DNA of 64,000 nt from Cellulosilyticum sp. (GTDB lineage Bacteria > Bacillota > Clostridia > Lachnospirales > Cellulosilyticaceae), in assembly GCA_015058045.1 (NCBI GenBank), contig SVDC01000017.1, positions 1,327 through 65,326 of the forward strand, written 5' to 3'. Positions 9,438 to 19,365 of this stretch are shown in pieces; positions within the stretch are counted from its first letter, which is position 1; each line of letters begins with the position of its first letter. The notes under the pieces were generated by a model. The model was not told where the DNA came from. It searched no databases and was given only the letters and a program-made list of their open reading frames with translations. The translations under genes and the position numbers were made by a program.

Positions 9438-10313
9438 GTGAACGCAATTAAAGAGGCACTGGATAAGATACCATATATAGGTTTTCCTAATATCGGCATT
9501 AGGGACGTTGTAGATATTCTGGTCGTGGCATATCTCATTTATTTGGTGATGATATGGATAAAAGATACTAGAACATGGACTCTTTTTAAGGGTGTAGTCA
9601 TTGTACTTGCAGTAGCAATTATTGCTTATATATTTCAGCTTCATACTTTATGGTTTGTTATTTCAAAAACAATTACAGTGGGAGCCTTTGCAATAATAGT
9701 TGTATTCCAACCCGAGTTAAGAAGAGCATTAGAGCAAATTGGGCAAGGTAAACTTTTTGAGTCTATACTAAATACCTCTGAGGAAGCAGATGACGCGTTA
9801 AGTAATGAATCAATTGAGGGTATTGCAAAAGCTTGCATGCATATGGCGAAGCTTAAAACAGGGGCACTCATCGTGATTGAACAAGATACAAAACTAGGGG
9901 ATGTAGAAAGAACAGGAATTAAAATAGATGCGGTGATTTCAAGTCAATTACTTATTAATATTTTTGAAAAAAATACACCACTCCATGATGGTGCTGTGAT
10001 TATTAAAAATAATAGAGTAGCTGCTGCAACATGCTTTATACAAAATCTTTCTGATAGTATGGAAATTAGTATGGATTTAGGAACAAGACATAGAGCAGCC
10101 ATTGGTATTACTGAAGGAACAGATGCCTTGGTTTTAGTTGTTTCCGAAGAAACAGGAATTGTTTCTAGCGTACGAAATGGAAAAATAAAAAGAGGATTAG
10201 ATGCTGAAATTATTAAAAAAATCCTACTTGCAACTAAAAAGAGAAAGCGTTCGGACAAGAAACGTTTAGAGAGAAAAAAGGTTATATGGAAAGGAAAGAG
10301 TAAACATGAATAA
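9438..10313 (+). CDS. cdaA: Diadenylate cyclase CdaA
   Basis: Three N-terminal TMs, FQPELRRALE, LHDGAVII (DGA) and GTRHRAA (RHR) catalytic motifs. Extended -10 TGATATAAT at 9394-9402. Confidence 0.95.
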   Translation: MNAIKEALDKIPYIGFPNIGIRDVVDILVVAYLIYLVMIWIKDTRTWTLFKGVVIVLAVAIIAYIFQLHTLWFVISKTITVGAFAIIVVFQPELRRALEQIGQGKLFESILNTSEEADDALSNESIEGIAKACMHMAKLKTGALIVIEQDTKLGDVERTGIKIDAVISSQLLINIFEKNTPLHDGAVIIKNNRVAAATCFIQNLSDSMEISMDLGTRHRAAIGITEGTDALVLVVSEETGIVSSVRNGKIKRGLDAEIIKKILLATKKRKRSDKKRLERKKVIWKGKSKHE

Positions 10314-11691
10314 ATTATTTACAGAAAACCTTCCATGGAAAATAGCTGCATTAGTCATTGCAGCTATGCTTTGGGTATTTGTTATTAATACACAAAATCC
10401 CACACAACCTCAAGAAATATCAGGCATTCCGATTCAAATTCTAGGAGAAGATGAATTACAAGAACAGGGATATGAATTAACCAATAGGCAAGAAATTTTG
10501 AACCAGAATTTCCAAGTGATTGTAAGTGGACCAAGACTAGATGTAGATAAACTGGTAAGAGATCCAAGCTTAATCAAAGTCACTTTAAACTTGGCAGATT
10601 ATATGGATGATTTAGAACAGGATTCTATTTCTGATAATGCCAATTACACCGTAAAAATCAATTTAGACGGTGGTAGTGTTATCGTTAAAGATAAAAGGCC
10701 AATAGTAACAAAAGTACGTATTGATAAGATTGGCAGTAAAGAACAAAAGATTACTTATCAATTAGCAGGAGATATAGTAAGTCAATATACTTTGCTAGGA
10801 GATGGCCAGCCGATTATCTCACCAGAAATAGTCACGATTACGGGTGCTAAATCACAAATTGATCGTGTAGCAGAGGCTAGAGTTTATATTGAGGCCAAAG
10901 ATTTTTCAGAAGAGAAATTAGTAGGCAATATTCCAATTAAACTTTATGATATAGATGGGGTGGAGATTACAGGTCTTAAACTATCTAGTGAAACGGCAGA
11001 AGTCAAACTCCCTATAGGAAGCCAAAAAGTAGTACCAATTAAGCTTAATTATACAGGAGCAATGCCGGAGGGCTATATTTTAACAAAGGTAGATGCCGCC
11101 TTATCAGAGGTAACTGTTATTGGCAGACCGGAAGTTTTAGATACTATTTCAAAAATTGAGTTAGAGCCAATTGACTTAACACATATAACAGAATCTAGCC
11201 TATTGCAGGTAGCTATGAAGTTACCAGAGGGTGTTGTCTCATTAGAAAATGACAAGGTAAGTGTGAGTTTACAGGTAAGTGAAGAAAATACATTAACTTA
11301 TCCAATACCAATGAATGAGTTAAATTTATCTGTTACGGGAATAGGAGAAGGATTAACTTATGAAATTTTAACGGGTGCTATTAATATTGAGTTAAGTGGA
11401 TTATCAGATGATCTCATTATAACGGATAAATCGGATATTAAAGCAACACTAGATTTAACAGGTTATACAGAAGGAGAGTATACTCTACCACTCACCATTA
11501 TTCCACCACAGAATATTAAAGTTAAAAATAGCCCAATTAGTATTAAAGTAAGTATTAAGCAATTGATGACTGAGAGTCCAAGTCCTTCCCCTGATTTAGG
11601 CGATACAGGTACAAATGACAATACAGATGAGGTTGGCGGTAGTGAAGCCAATAATGGGCAGAATAAAGAAGAAATAGCAGAAAATGAATAA
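10306..11691 (+). CDS. cdaR: CdaR (YbbR-repeat) regulator of CdaA
   Basis: Overlaps the cdaA stop; N-terminal TM (WKIAALVIAAMLWVFV); repeated YbbR-like V.v.G..s.i segments. Confidence 0.9.
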   Translation: MNKLFTENLPWKIAALVIAAMLWVFVINTQNPTQPQEISGIPIQILGEDELQEQGYELTNRQEILNQNFQVIVSGPRLDVDKLVRDPSLIKVTLNLADYMDDLEQDSISDNANYTVKINLDGGSVIVKDKRPIVTKVRIDKIGSKEQKITYQLAGDIVSQYTLLGDGQPIISPEIVTITGAKSQIDRVAEARVYIEAKDFSEEKLVGNIPIKLYDIDGVEITGLKLSSETAEVKLPIGSQKVVPIKLNYTGAMPEGYILTKVDAALSEVTVIGRPEVLDTISKIELEPIDLTHITESSLLQVAMKLPEGVVSLENDKVSVSLQVSEENTLTYPIPMNELNLSVTGIGEGLTYEILTGAINIELSGLSDDLIITDKSDIKATLDLTGYTEGEYTLPLTIIPPQNIKVKNSPISIKVSIKQLMTESPSPSPDLGDTGTNDNTDEVGGSEANNGQNKEEIAENE

Positions 11692-11704
11692 AAGTTTAAA
11701 GTAT

Positions 11705-11753
11705 AGAGGAGAGTCTTTGGTTAATTTGACCAAATTCTTTCCTCTGTTTTTTT
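11705..11753 (+). terminator. Intrinsic terminator
   Basis: AGAGGA..TTTGGTT-AATTT-GACCAAA..TCCTCT followed by a T7 tract. Confidence 0.7.
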
Positions 11754-11865
11754 AACGGAATATAGATTTAAATGTTGTAATTTTCTGTTAATAATATATA
11801 ATTAATTTAACTAAAAAAAACTAAAAAAAATAAAATCCTAACTAATTAAGCTAAGGAGGTATATT

Positions 11866-12936
11866 ATGGTACATCATTTTGAATATGTACAAAAGTTAAC
11901 GAATGTACTAAAGAAGGCAAAGCAAGATGGAAAGTTGAAAATAGGTTTTATTGGTGGTTCTATTACACAAGGATGTAATCCGTCTCTTCCAGAAAATGCT
12001 TATGTAGAACGTGTTACTAAATGGTTTAAAGAAAAGTTTCCTAATATGCAGATTGAAAGTATTAACGCAGGGGTAGGTGCAACAGGTTCACTGATTGGTG
12101 TACATAGGGTAGAAAGAGATATTATTGCTTATAAGCCAGATTTAGTATTTGTAGAATTTGCAGCTAATGATGTTTCACCTAAGCAAGATACTAATATTTC
12201 ATATGAATCTTTAATTAGAAAACTAGTAATCAATCTTCCAGATACTGCCATAGTTGAAATTTTTATGACTTTAGAAACGGGAGAGAGCGCGGAAGAAGAG
12301 GAAGCACAGATTGCTAGACACTATCATATTCCGACAGTAAGTTATCGACAGGAAGTCTTTAGACAAATGAAATTAGGTTCCTATACTTGGAAAGACATTG
12401 AAACAGATGAAGTGCACCCTAATGATAAGGGACATGGGATTGTAGCTGGACTTATTGCAGAGCTGATGGAAGCTGCATTAAGTAAAGAGGCAGGTCGTAC
12501 CTTTGATGAAGAGGTGCCAAAGGCAAGCCTATTTGGAGTACCTTATATAGAGGGAAATCTAATAGAGTTTAAAGATCTTAAGATTTTAGAATCAGTAGGA
12601 TTTGAGCATACAGAGGAAAGTTTTAGAACAATCAATACAGGGTATGCAGTAATAGAAGATGCAGATGAAGCACGATTTACCTGCGAAGTAGAAGGGAAAA
12701 ATGTATTTTTATTATATGTAAACGGTATTGAAGAAAATAGAGCAGAAGTTGAAATACAGGTAAATGGAAAATCTATTATGCCATTAGATACTTTCTTTGA
12801 AAATGGATGGGGTAATTATCCAGAGACTTATCCATTGTTTTCAAGTGATGCCAAACAAAAGGTAACGATTGAAATTAAAATGCCAGCCAGTGAAAAAGGT
12901 AAAAAACTTAATTTATTAGGATTTCTTGTATCTTAG
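11866..12936 (+). CDS. SGNH acetylesterase, CE17-like mannan esterase
   Basis: GFIGGSITQG (Ser), NAGVGAT, EFAAND and DEVHPND (DxxH) blocks plus a C-terminal beta-sandwich-like domain; first gene of the mannan locus. Confidence 0.75.
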   Translation: MVHHFEYVQKLTNVLKKAKQDGKLKIGFIGGSITQGCNPSLPENAYVERVTKWFKEKFPNMQIESINAGVGATGSLIGVHRVERDIIAYKPDLVFVEFAANDVSPKQDTNISYESLIRKLVINLPDTAIVEIFMTLETGESAEEEEAQIARHYHIPTVSYRQEVFRQMKLGSYTWKDIETDEVHPNDKGHGIVAGLIAELMEAALSKEAGRTFDEEVPKASLFGVPYIEGNLIEFKDLKILESVGFEHTEESFRTINTGYAVIEDADEARFTCEVEGKNVFLLYVNGIEENRAEVEIQVNGKSIMPLDTFFENGWGNYPETYPLFSSDAKQKVTIEIKMPASEKGKKLNLLGFLVS

Positions 12937-12956
12937 AAGATAATAGGGAGGGTATT

Positions 12957-15152
12957 ATGAGTATTAAATACTATGCAGATGAACGTGTATTTAAATTAGA
13001 CACCCCAAGTTCTACTTATATGATTGGTATTGTGGATGATGAACAGTTTGTAGGTCATATTTATTATGGCAGAAGAATAGAGGATTATCATTTATCTTAT
13101 TTAATGAGAATAAATGAATTACCTTATGTGCCTTCTCAAAATAATAGAGATCGTACTTCGTTTTTAGATTGTTTCCCTATGGAGTATCCAACCCATGGTT
13201 TAGGAGATTATAGAGAAGATTGTTTGGCAGTAAAAACAGATAAGGGACATACAGCATGTGGATTAAACTATGTAAGTCATAGCATCTATGAAGGGAAGAA
13301 ACCTTTAGAAGGCTTACCAGCTACGTTTGGTAGTAAGGAAGACTGCACAACCTTAGAGTTAGTATGTATGGATCAAATCTTAAAATTAGAGGTTACATTA
13401 AGTTATACCGTATTTGAAAAGTTAGATGTCATCACAAGAAGTGTACAGATAAGAAATCTTAATACAGAATCTATTGTACTAACTAAGGTACTTTCTACCT
13501 GTCTAGATTTAGAAAATAAGGATTATGAAATGATGACACTACATGGTTCATGGGCAAGAGAACGTCATATTCAGAAAAGGAAGATTGGACATGGTAAACA
13601 AAGTACTTCTTCTGTTAGGGGAGCATCTAGTCATCAAGACCATCCTTTTATGGGTATTGCAAGTAAAGGCATTAACGAAGATCAAGGCGAAGTTTATGGG
13701 TTTAGCTTTGTGTACTCAGGCAACTTTATTGCTCAGACAGAGTTAGATCAATTCAATAGGGTTCGTGCCGTGATGGGTATTCATCCAAGTGATTTTGCTT
13801 GGATCTTAAAAGAACAAGAAGTTTTTACAGCACCAGAAGTTATTATGGTTTATTCAGCAGAAGGCTTAGGTCATATGACAAGGACATATCATGATTTATT
13901 CCGTAATCATTTAATTAGAGGGGAGTATACCCACAAGAAACGCCCAATTTTAATTAATAACTGGGAGGCTACATACTTTGATTTTAATACCGATAAACTT
14001 TTAGATATTGCAAGAGAAGCTTCTAGATTAGGTATTGAGATGCTTGTTATGGATGATGGCTGGTTTGGCAATAGAAGCAGTGATAATTGTGCCCTTGGTG
14101 ATTGGCAAGTCAATGAAAATAAGCTTAAAGGTGGCTTAAGATATCTTGTAAATGAAGTCAATAAGTTGGGCATGAAATTTGGGATTTGGTTTGAGCCAGA
14201 GATGATTTCGCCAGATTCTAACCTATATAGAGCACATCCAGATTGGGCAATTCAAATTCCTGGGCGTACAGCTAGTTTATCTAGAAATCAATATGTTCTA
14301 GATTTGTCTAGAAAAGAGATTAGAGACTATGTATATGAGATGATTAGTAGCGTCTTAAAGAGTGCTAATATTACCTATGTTAAGTGGGATATGAATAGAC
14401 AACTTAGTGACCTTGGTAGTTTCTATTTAGAGAAGGAAAAACAAGGAGAACTTTATCATCGATATGTCTTAGGTGTTTATGAATTACAAGAAAGATTAAT
14501 ACATGATTTTCCTTACCTGCTTCTTGAGAACTGCTCTGGTGGAGGCGCTAGATTCGATCCGGGTATGCTTTACTACAGTCCGCAGATTTGGTGCTCAGAC
14601 GATACAGATGCTATCGAAAGATTATATATTCAAGAAGGTACGGCTATGATTTATCCGCTTTCTAGTATAGGGGCTCATGTTAGTGATTGTCCAAACCATA
14701 CAGTAGGTAGGGGCACACCTTTTGAAACAAGAGGCTATGTAGCACTTTTAGGTACTTTTGGATATGAGTTAGATGTAACCCGAATTCCAGAGGAAGATAG
14801 AAAGATGATTCCAGACCAAGTGGCAATGTATCACAAATATAATGATTTAGTAAGAGAAGGCGATTATTATCGCATTGCTTCTTATAGTGAAAATCATACA
14901 CATGATGCATGGTCAGTCGTTTCAAAAGATAAAAAAGAGGCACTAGTTACCTTTATTCAGGTGATGGCGGAGCCCAATTATCATAGCAGAAGAATTCAAC
15001 TAAAAGGATTAGATGCCCACACTTTTTATTGCATAGAAGAAACTAAGGAAGTTTATAGTGGTGAAGCGCTAATGTATGCAGGACTTAATATAGAACGTAT
15101 TTTTGGAGATTTTAAAGGAAAATTAATTCATTTAACAGCAGTTAATCATTAA
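12957..15152 (+). CDS. GH36 alpha-galactosidase
   Basis: LINNWEATYFDF, VMDDGWFG, FGIWFEPEM, YVKWDMNR, CSGGGARFD and WCSDDTD motifs. Confidence 0.95.
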   Translation: MSIKYYADERVFKLDTPSSTYMIGIVDDEQFVGHIYYGRRIEDYHLSYLMRINELPYVPSQNNRDRTSFLDCFPMEYPTHGLGDYREDCLAVKTDKGHTACGLNYVSHSIYEGKKPLEGLPATFGSKEDCTTLELVCMDQILKLEVTLSYTVFEKLDVITRSVQIRNLNTESIVLTKVLSTCLDLENKDYEMMTLHGSWARERHIQKRKIGHGKQSTSSVRGASSHQDHPFMGIASKGINEDQGEVYGFSFVYSGNFIAQTELDQFNRVRAVMGIHPSDFAWILKEQEVFTAPEVIMVYSAEGLGHMTRTYHDLFRNHLIRGEYTHKKRPILINNWEATYFDFNTDKLLDIAREASRLGIEMLVMDDGWFGNRSSDNCALGDWQVNENKLKGGLRYLVNEVNKLGMKFGIWFEPEMISPDSNLYRAHPDWAIQIPGRTASLSRNQYVLDLSRKEIRDYVYEMISSVLKSANITYVKWDMNRQLSDLGSFYLEKEKQGELYHRYVLGVYELQERLIHDFPYLLLENCSGGGARFDPGMLYYSPQIWCSDDTDAIERLYIQEGTAMIYPLSSIGAHVSDCPNHTVGRGTPFETRGYVALLGTFGYELDVTRIPEEDRKMIPDQVAMYHKYNDLVREGDYYRIASYSENHTHDAWSVVSKDKKEALVTFIQVMAEPNYHSRRIQLKGLDAHTFYCIEETKEVYSGEALMYAGLNIERIFGDFKGKLIHLTAVNH

Positions 15153-15195
15153 ATCATTGAGAACGAGTGTGACATGAAAATAGGAGGATAAGTAT

Positions 15196-15426
15196 ATGGT
15201 GCAATTCATATTTGGCTTATTTTGTATTGTCTTTGGAGGGACCGTTGCATTTATGAAAAAGGATCAAATTTGGGATCTTGTTTTGCTAGGAAAACGTTAT
15301 CAATATGAAAAACAGCTGTATAAACTAGATCGCTTCATTTTACTTATAAGAGGATTAAGTGCAGTTATTGGCTTATTGGGTATTTATATCTGCATAGTAG
15401 ATGGAATGAGACTTATAGGGCTATAA
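15196..15426 (+). CDS. Small two-TM hypothetical protein
   Basis: AGGAGG RBS; 76 aa with two hydrophobic helices. Confidence 0.65.
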   Translation: MVQFIFGLFCIVFGGTVAFMKKDQIWDLVLLGKRYQYEKQLYKLDRFILLIRGLSAVIGLLGIYICIVDGMRLIGL

Positions 15427-15471
15427 GGAATAAAAAAGACATTAGATTAACCTGAAAGGTGGAGGATTAAA

Positions 15472-16476
15472 GTGGCAAAAGCAGTTAAGCTAGAAGATAT
15501 TGCAAAACGACTAGGGGTAAGTAATGTAACGGTTTCTAAAGCATTGTCGGATAAAAGTGGTGTAAGTGAAGAAATGAGAAAACGTATTAAGGGGCTTGCT
15601 CAGCAGATGGGATATATCCCCCTATCTTCTCAGAAGACAAAAGAAAATAAAGGAACAGGGAATATAGGGGTTTTAGTACCTAGTCGATTTATAGATGGTA
15701 GTACATCCTTTTATTGGGCAATTTATCAGATGGTCGTTACAAAATTACAGGCTAGAGGATATTATGCTATATTAGAAATTCTAGATGATGTAGATGAAGA
15801 AAATTGCCAGCTACCTAAGATGATACAAGATGAAAAAATAGATGGTCTCATTATGATAGGACAAGTTAATGCAAAGTACTCAGAGTATATTTGGAAAAAT
15901 AATATAGTCCCTGTTATTTTCTTAGATTTTTATGATACACATATGGAGTATGATACGATTATTTCTGATGGATTTTATGGCATGTATGTTTTAACAGATT
16001 ATCTTATTAAGATGGGACATAGAGACATTGGATTTGTAGGAAAGGTACTCTATACAAGCAGTATCACAGATCGTTTCTTTGGCTATCAAAAGGCATTATT
16101 AGAAAACCATATTCCTATGAGAAAAGAATGGGTTATTGATGACAGGGATATGGAAAATAATATTAAAATAGAACTACCCAATAAATTACCAACAGCATTT
16201 GCTTGTAATAGTGATCTTGCTGCCAATATGATGATTTCTACTTTGGCAACAAGAGGACTTATCGTACCAGATGATATTTCTATTGTAGGATTTGATAATT
16301 ATCTTTACTCAACATTATCTACAGCACAAATTACTACTTATGAGGTAAAAATCGATAAGATGGCAGAGCTAGGGGTAAAAACACTACTTAGAAAAATTAA
16401 TCATAAAGAATATACAAAAGGGGTTCAAATTATTACTGGACAAATGGTTGTTAAAGATACGGTTAAAGCACGATAA
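15472..16476 (+). CDS. LacI-family transcriptional regulator
   Basis: HTH LEDIAKRLGVSNVTVSKAL; VPDDISIVGFD periplasmic-binding-type C-terminal domain. Confidence 0.95.
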   Translation: MAKAVKLEDIAKRLGVSNVTVSKALSDKSGVSEEMRKRIKGLAQQMGYIPLSSQKTKENKGTGNIGVLVPSRFIDGSTSFYWAIYQMVVTKLQARGYYAILEILDDVDEENCQLPKMIQDEKIDGLIMIGQVNAKYSEYIWKNNIVPVIFLDFYDTHMEYDTIISDGFYGMYVLTDYLIKMGHRDIGFVGKVLYTSSITDRFFGYQKALLENHIPMRKEWVIDDRDMENNIKIELPNKLPTAFACNSDLAANMMISTLATRGLIVPDDISIVGFDNYLYSTLSTAQITTYEVKIDKMAELGVKTLLRKINHKEYTKGVQIITGQMVVKDTVKAR

Positions 16477-16524
16477 AAAATATAAGGCTGTCATACATAT
16501 AATGTTACGAATAGATAGATAATG

Positions 16525-16585
16525 AAAAAAGGCTATTTCATGTAAAGCTTAGAATAAATCTAAACTTTGATGAAGTAGCCTTTTT
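16525..16585. terminator. Long bidirectional terminator hairpin
   Basis: AAAAAAGGCTATTTCAT..AAAG.TTAGA-ATAAA-TCTAA.CTTT.ATGAAGTAGCCTTTTT between convergent LacI and AraC genes. Confidence 0.8.
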
Positions 16586-16588
16586 AGT

Positions 16589-17494
16589 TTAGTCGTCTAG
16601 GTACTCAGTAACTTCTAGTTGACCTATTTTACGATAGTTATTAGGGGTGAGATGCGTGCTTTTTTTAAATAGGTTAGTGAAATGATTGATATTGTCAATC
16701 CCTACCTTTGAAGCAATCTCATAAATAGGATCATCTGTTTCTAATAATAGACGTTTAGCAGCGGCGATTCTTTTTTCAATAAGGTAGTGAATAGGAGAAT
16801 CGTGTAGATAAGTAGAAAAATCACGTATGATTTTATATTTACTAACATGATATTCTTGAGCAAGATAATCTAGATTGAAATGCTCATTATAATGGTCATC
16901 AAAGAGTGATTTAATTTGTAGCAGGTATTTAGGGAGGTTAGTTGTGTGATAAATATCAGCATCTTTAGCCAGCATAAGTTCAGTTAATAGATCCGTAATG
17001 AGTTTAGAAATAATAAAATCATTTTCGTTTAAGTTTGAAGAAGTAGATTGTAAGAGTTTATGAATAATAGGTGGAATATTAGAAAGTGGTGTAAGGTGGC
17101 AGAGGCAGTAGCTATTTAGATGATACGTATTAAAGTAAGCAGCAATGCTAGAACCATTTATAAAAAGTAAATCAAAATGCCAGAAACTACACTTTTCTAA
17201 ATCTAGTCGAAAGGCTTGATGGCAGTCTATAAATACAATGGTATTAGGTGTTAAGGCATAATGTTCTCCTAAATAAGTAAGAATGCCTTCACCTTCAGTT
17301 GTATAGAGCATGATATAGCCATCAAAGGGATGGCATTCCAAGTAAAAAGGAAATTGTACATGGACAGATTTTGCTGAAATTAAATAGTATAAATAGTTTT
17401 TTGCAAAAGATGAAGGCGTCAATATGGGTAGCTCAGAAGTACTATATAAAGGTGATAAAGTCAAAATAATATGATTTATGTCTTTAAGTTGCAT
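16589..17494 (-). CDS. AraC-family transcriptional regulator
   Basis: C-terminal double HTH (LDYLAQEYHVSKY...IYEIASKVGIDNINHFTNLFKK...TPNNYRK). Confidence 0.92.
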   Translation of the reverse strand: MQLKDINHIILTLSPLYSTSELPILTPSSFAKNYLYYLISAKSVHVQFPFYLECHPFDGYIMLYTTEGEGILTYLGEHYALTPNTIVFIDCHQAFRLDLEKCSFWHFDLLFINGSSIAAYFNTYHLNSYCLCHLTPLSNIPPIIHKLLQSTSSNLNENDFIISKLITDLLTELMLAKDADIYHTTNLPKYLLQIKSLFDDHYNEHFNLDYLAQEYHVSKYKIIRDFSTYLHDSPIHYLIEKRIAAAKRLLLETDDPIYEIASKVGIDNINHFTNLFKKSTHLTPNNYRKIGQLEVTEYLDD

Positions 17495-17849
17495 AGAAAT
17501 CTCCCCCCATAAATTAAAAGGATATGAAATAGTAATGAAAAAGTTAAAAAAGAATATTCTGTCGAGTTAAAAATAATATATCATAAAGCTATAGTAAAAA
17601 AAAGAAGTTAATAACTTAAATATTATAAAGCAATATTAAGGTAATAAGGTAAAGAGATATATAAAAGTTAACAATAACATTTGAAATAAACAAAATATTA
17701 GGTATAAAATAAACAAAAAATAAAATATAGTGTGAAAAATTAAAATATAATGTGATGTAATTAATTAACCTATATATTAAAATTAATTTAAGCTAGAAAA
17801 AAGAATTAATTAGCTAAAAGTGAAGTATTACATATAAGGGGGAAATAAA

Positions 17850-19295
17850 ATGATTAAATGGAAACAAATATCTAGTTTAGTTTTAGCGACTGGTATGGCA
17901 TTATCAATGGCTGGATGTGGCGGCTCTACAAGTGAAACAACAGCTAGTGCATCTCCTGAAACAAGTACAGAAACAAAAACAGAGACAAAAGAAGAAGCAG
18001 TAGCTACAGAAACAAGTGAAGCTGTACCGAAAGGTGTAACAATTGATCAGCTAACATTAGGGGATAATGCAGACTTAACAGCTACTTTAAAAATATTAAC
18101 ACATAGAACAGATATCGTAGATACTGTTTTCCAAGACTATGTTAAACAATTTAATGAAATTTACCCAAACATCACAATTCAATATGAAGGAACAACAGAT
18201 TATGCAGAAAATATTCTTCTTCGCTTAACGACTAACGATTGGGGACAAATCTGTATGGTACCTTCTAATTTGGATAAAGATGAGCTTCCAAATTACTTTG
18301 AATCATTTGGTGATTTAAGTACAATTAGTGAACAATATATGTTTGTTAATAACAGGGAATATGAAAATAAAGTATATGGTATTCCTTCTACAGGTAATGC
18401 TCAAGGTATTGTATATAATAAGAAAGTTTTTGAACAAGCTGGAATCACAGAAATGCCAAAAACACCAGATGAATTCTTAGATGCACTTCAAAAGATTAAA
18501 GATAACACAGATGCTGTTCCAATGTATTCAAACTTTAGTGCTGGTTGGACTATGGGAGCTTGGGATGCTTATATTGGTGGTTCAGCTACAGGTGATGCAG
18601 ACTTTATGAATGTGAAGTTACCACATATGAAAGATCCATTCTCTAAGAGGGATGATATGACAGGACCATATTCTGTTTACTATGTATTATACGAAGCAAC
18701 TGCTAGAGGTTTAATTGAAGATGACCCTACTACATCTGACTGGGAAGGATGTAAAGGTATGATTAACAATGGAGAAATTGGTACGATGGTACTTGGTTCA
18801 TGGGCTGTAACTCAAATGCAAGAAGCTGGTCCAAATCCAGATGATATCGGTTATATGCCATTCCCAATTACACAACCTGATGGAAAACAATATGCATCTG
18901 CTGGTCCAGACTACTGCTATGGTATCAATGTTCATGCAACAGATGAAGAAAAATTAGCATCTATGTACTATATTAAATGGCTTACAGAAGAATCAGGATT
19001 CTCTTATGATCAAGGCGGTATTCCAATTCAAAAAGGTGATGAATACCCAGCAATTTATGACGCATTTGATGGTATTGATTTAATTGTAGATAATCCATCT
19101 CCAGTAGGTGAAGAAACTTTATTTACGGATATTAATAATGAGTCTGAAGTTGGTCTTAACACAGATAATACTCCAGATAGTGCAATCCTTGAAGCAGCGC
19201 TTACTGGTTCTAAAACATTAGATGAAATTATGGCTGAATGGAATGAAAAATGGGCTAAGGGACAAGAAAAATATAACGCTGAGATCAAATACTAA
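17850..19295 (+). CDS. Sugar ABC transporter solute-binding lipoprotein (manno-oligosaccharide, putative)
   Basis: Lipobox MAGC, Thr/Glu-rich linker, GIVYNKKVFEQAG motif; locus context. Confidence 0.9.
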   Translation: MIKWKQISSLVLATGMALSMAGCGGSTSETTASASPETSTETKTETKEEAVATETSEAVPKGVTIDQLTLGDNADLTATLKILTHRTDIVDTVFQDYVKQFNEIYPNITIQYEGTTDYAENILLRLTTNDWGQICMVPSNLDKDELPNYFESFGDLSTISEQYMFVNNREYENKVYGIPSTGNAQGIVYNKKVFEQAGITEMPKTPDEFLDALQKIKDNTDAVPMYSNFSAGWTMGAWDAYIGGSATGDADFMNVKLPHMKDPFSKRDDMTGPYSVYYVLYEATARGLIEDDPTTSDWEGCKGMINNGEIGTMVLGSWAVTQMQEAGPNPDDIGYMPFPITQPDGKQYASAGPDYCYGINVHATDEEKLASMYYIKWLTEESGFSYDQGGIPIQKGDEYPAIYDAFDGIDLIVDNPSPVGEETLFTDINNESEVGLNTDNTPDSAILEAALTGSKTLDEIMAEWNEKWAKGQEKYNAEIKY

Positions 19296-19315
19296 TCCAT
19301 GAAAAGAGGAACTTT

Positions 19316-19347
19316 GAGAAGCCAGAGATGTATTGCTCTGGCTTTTC
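19316..19347 (+). other. Intra-operon stem-loop after the binding-protein gene
   Basis: GAGAAGCCAGAG-ATGTATTG-CTCTGGCTTTTC. Confidence 0.7.
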
Positions 19348-19365
19348 TTAAAATAGGAGGGGCAT

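Noticed and set aside
11037-11050. Perfect 14-nt palindrome AATTAAGCTTAATT
   Set aside because: It lies inside cdaR coding sequence (IKLN) and is plausible by chance in AT-rich DNA.
16525-16585. Long compound hairpins (also 48978-49028) as possible MITE/REP elements
   Set aside because: They share no sequence with each other, show no target-site duplication, and sit where terminators are expected.
17930-18030. Repetitive GAAACA/ACAGAA-rich DNA at the start of the binding proteins (also ~57690-57790, ~38480-38570 and the cdaR tail)
   Set aside because: Explained by Thr/Glu/Ser-rich flexible linkers; no fixed-period tandem repeat.
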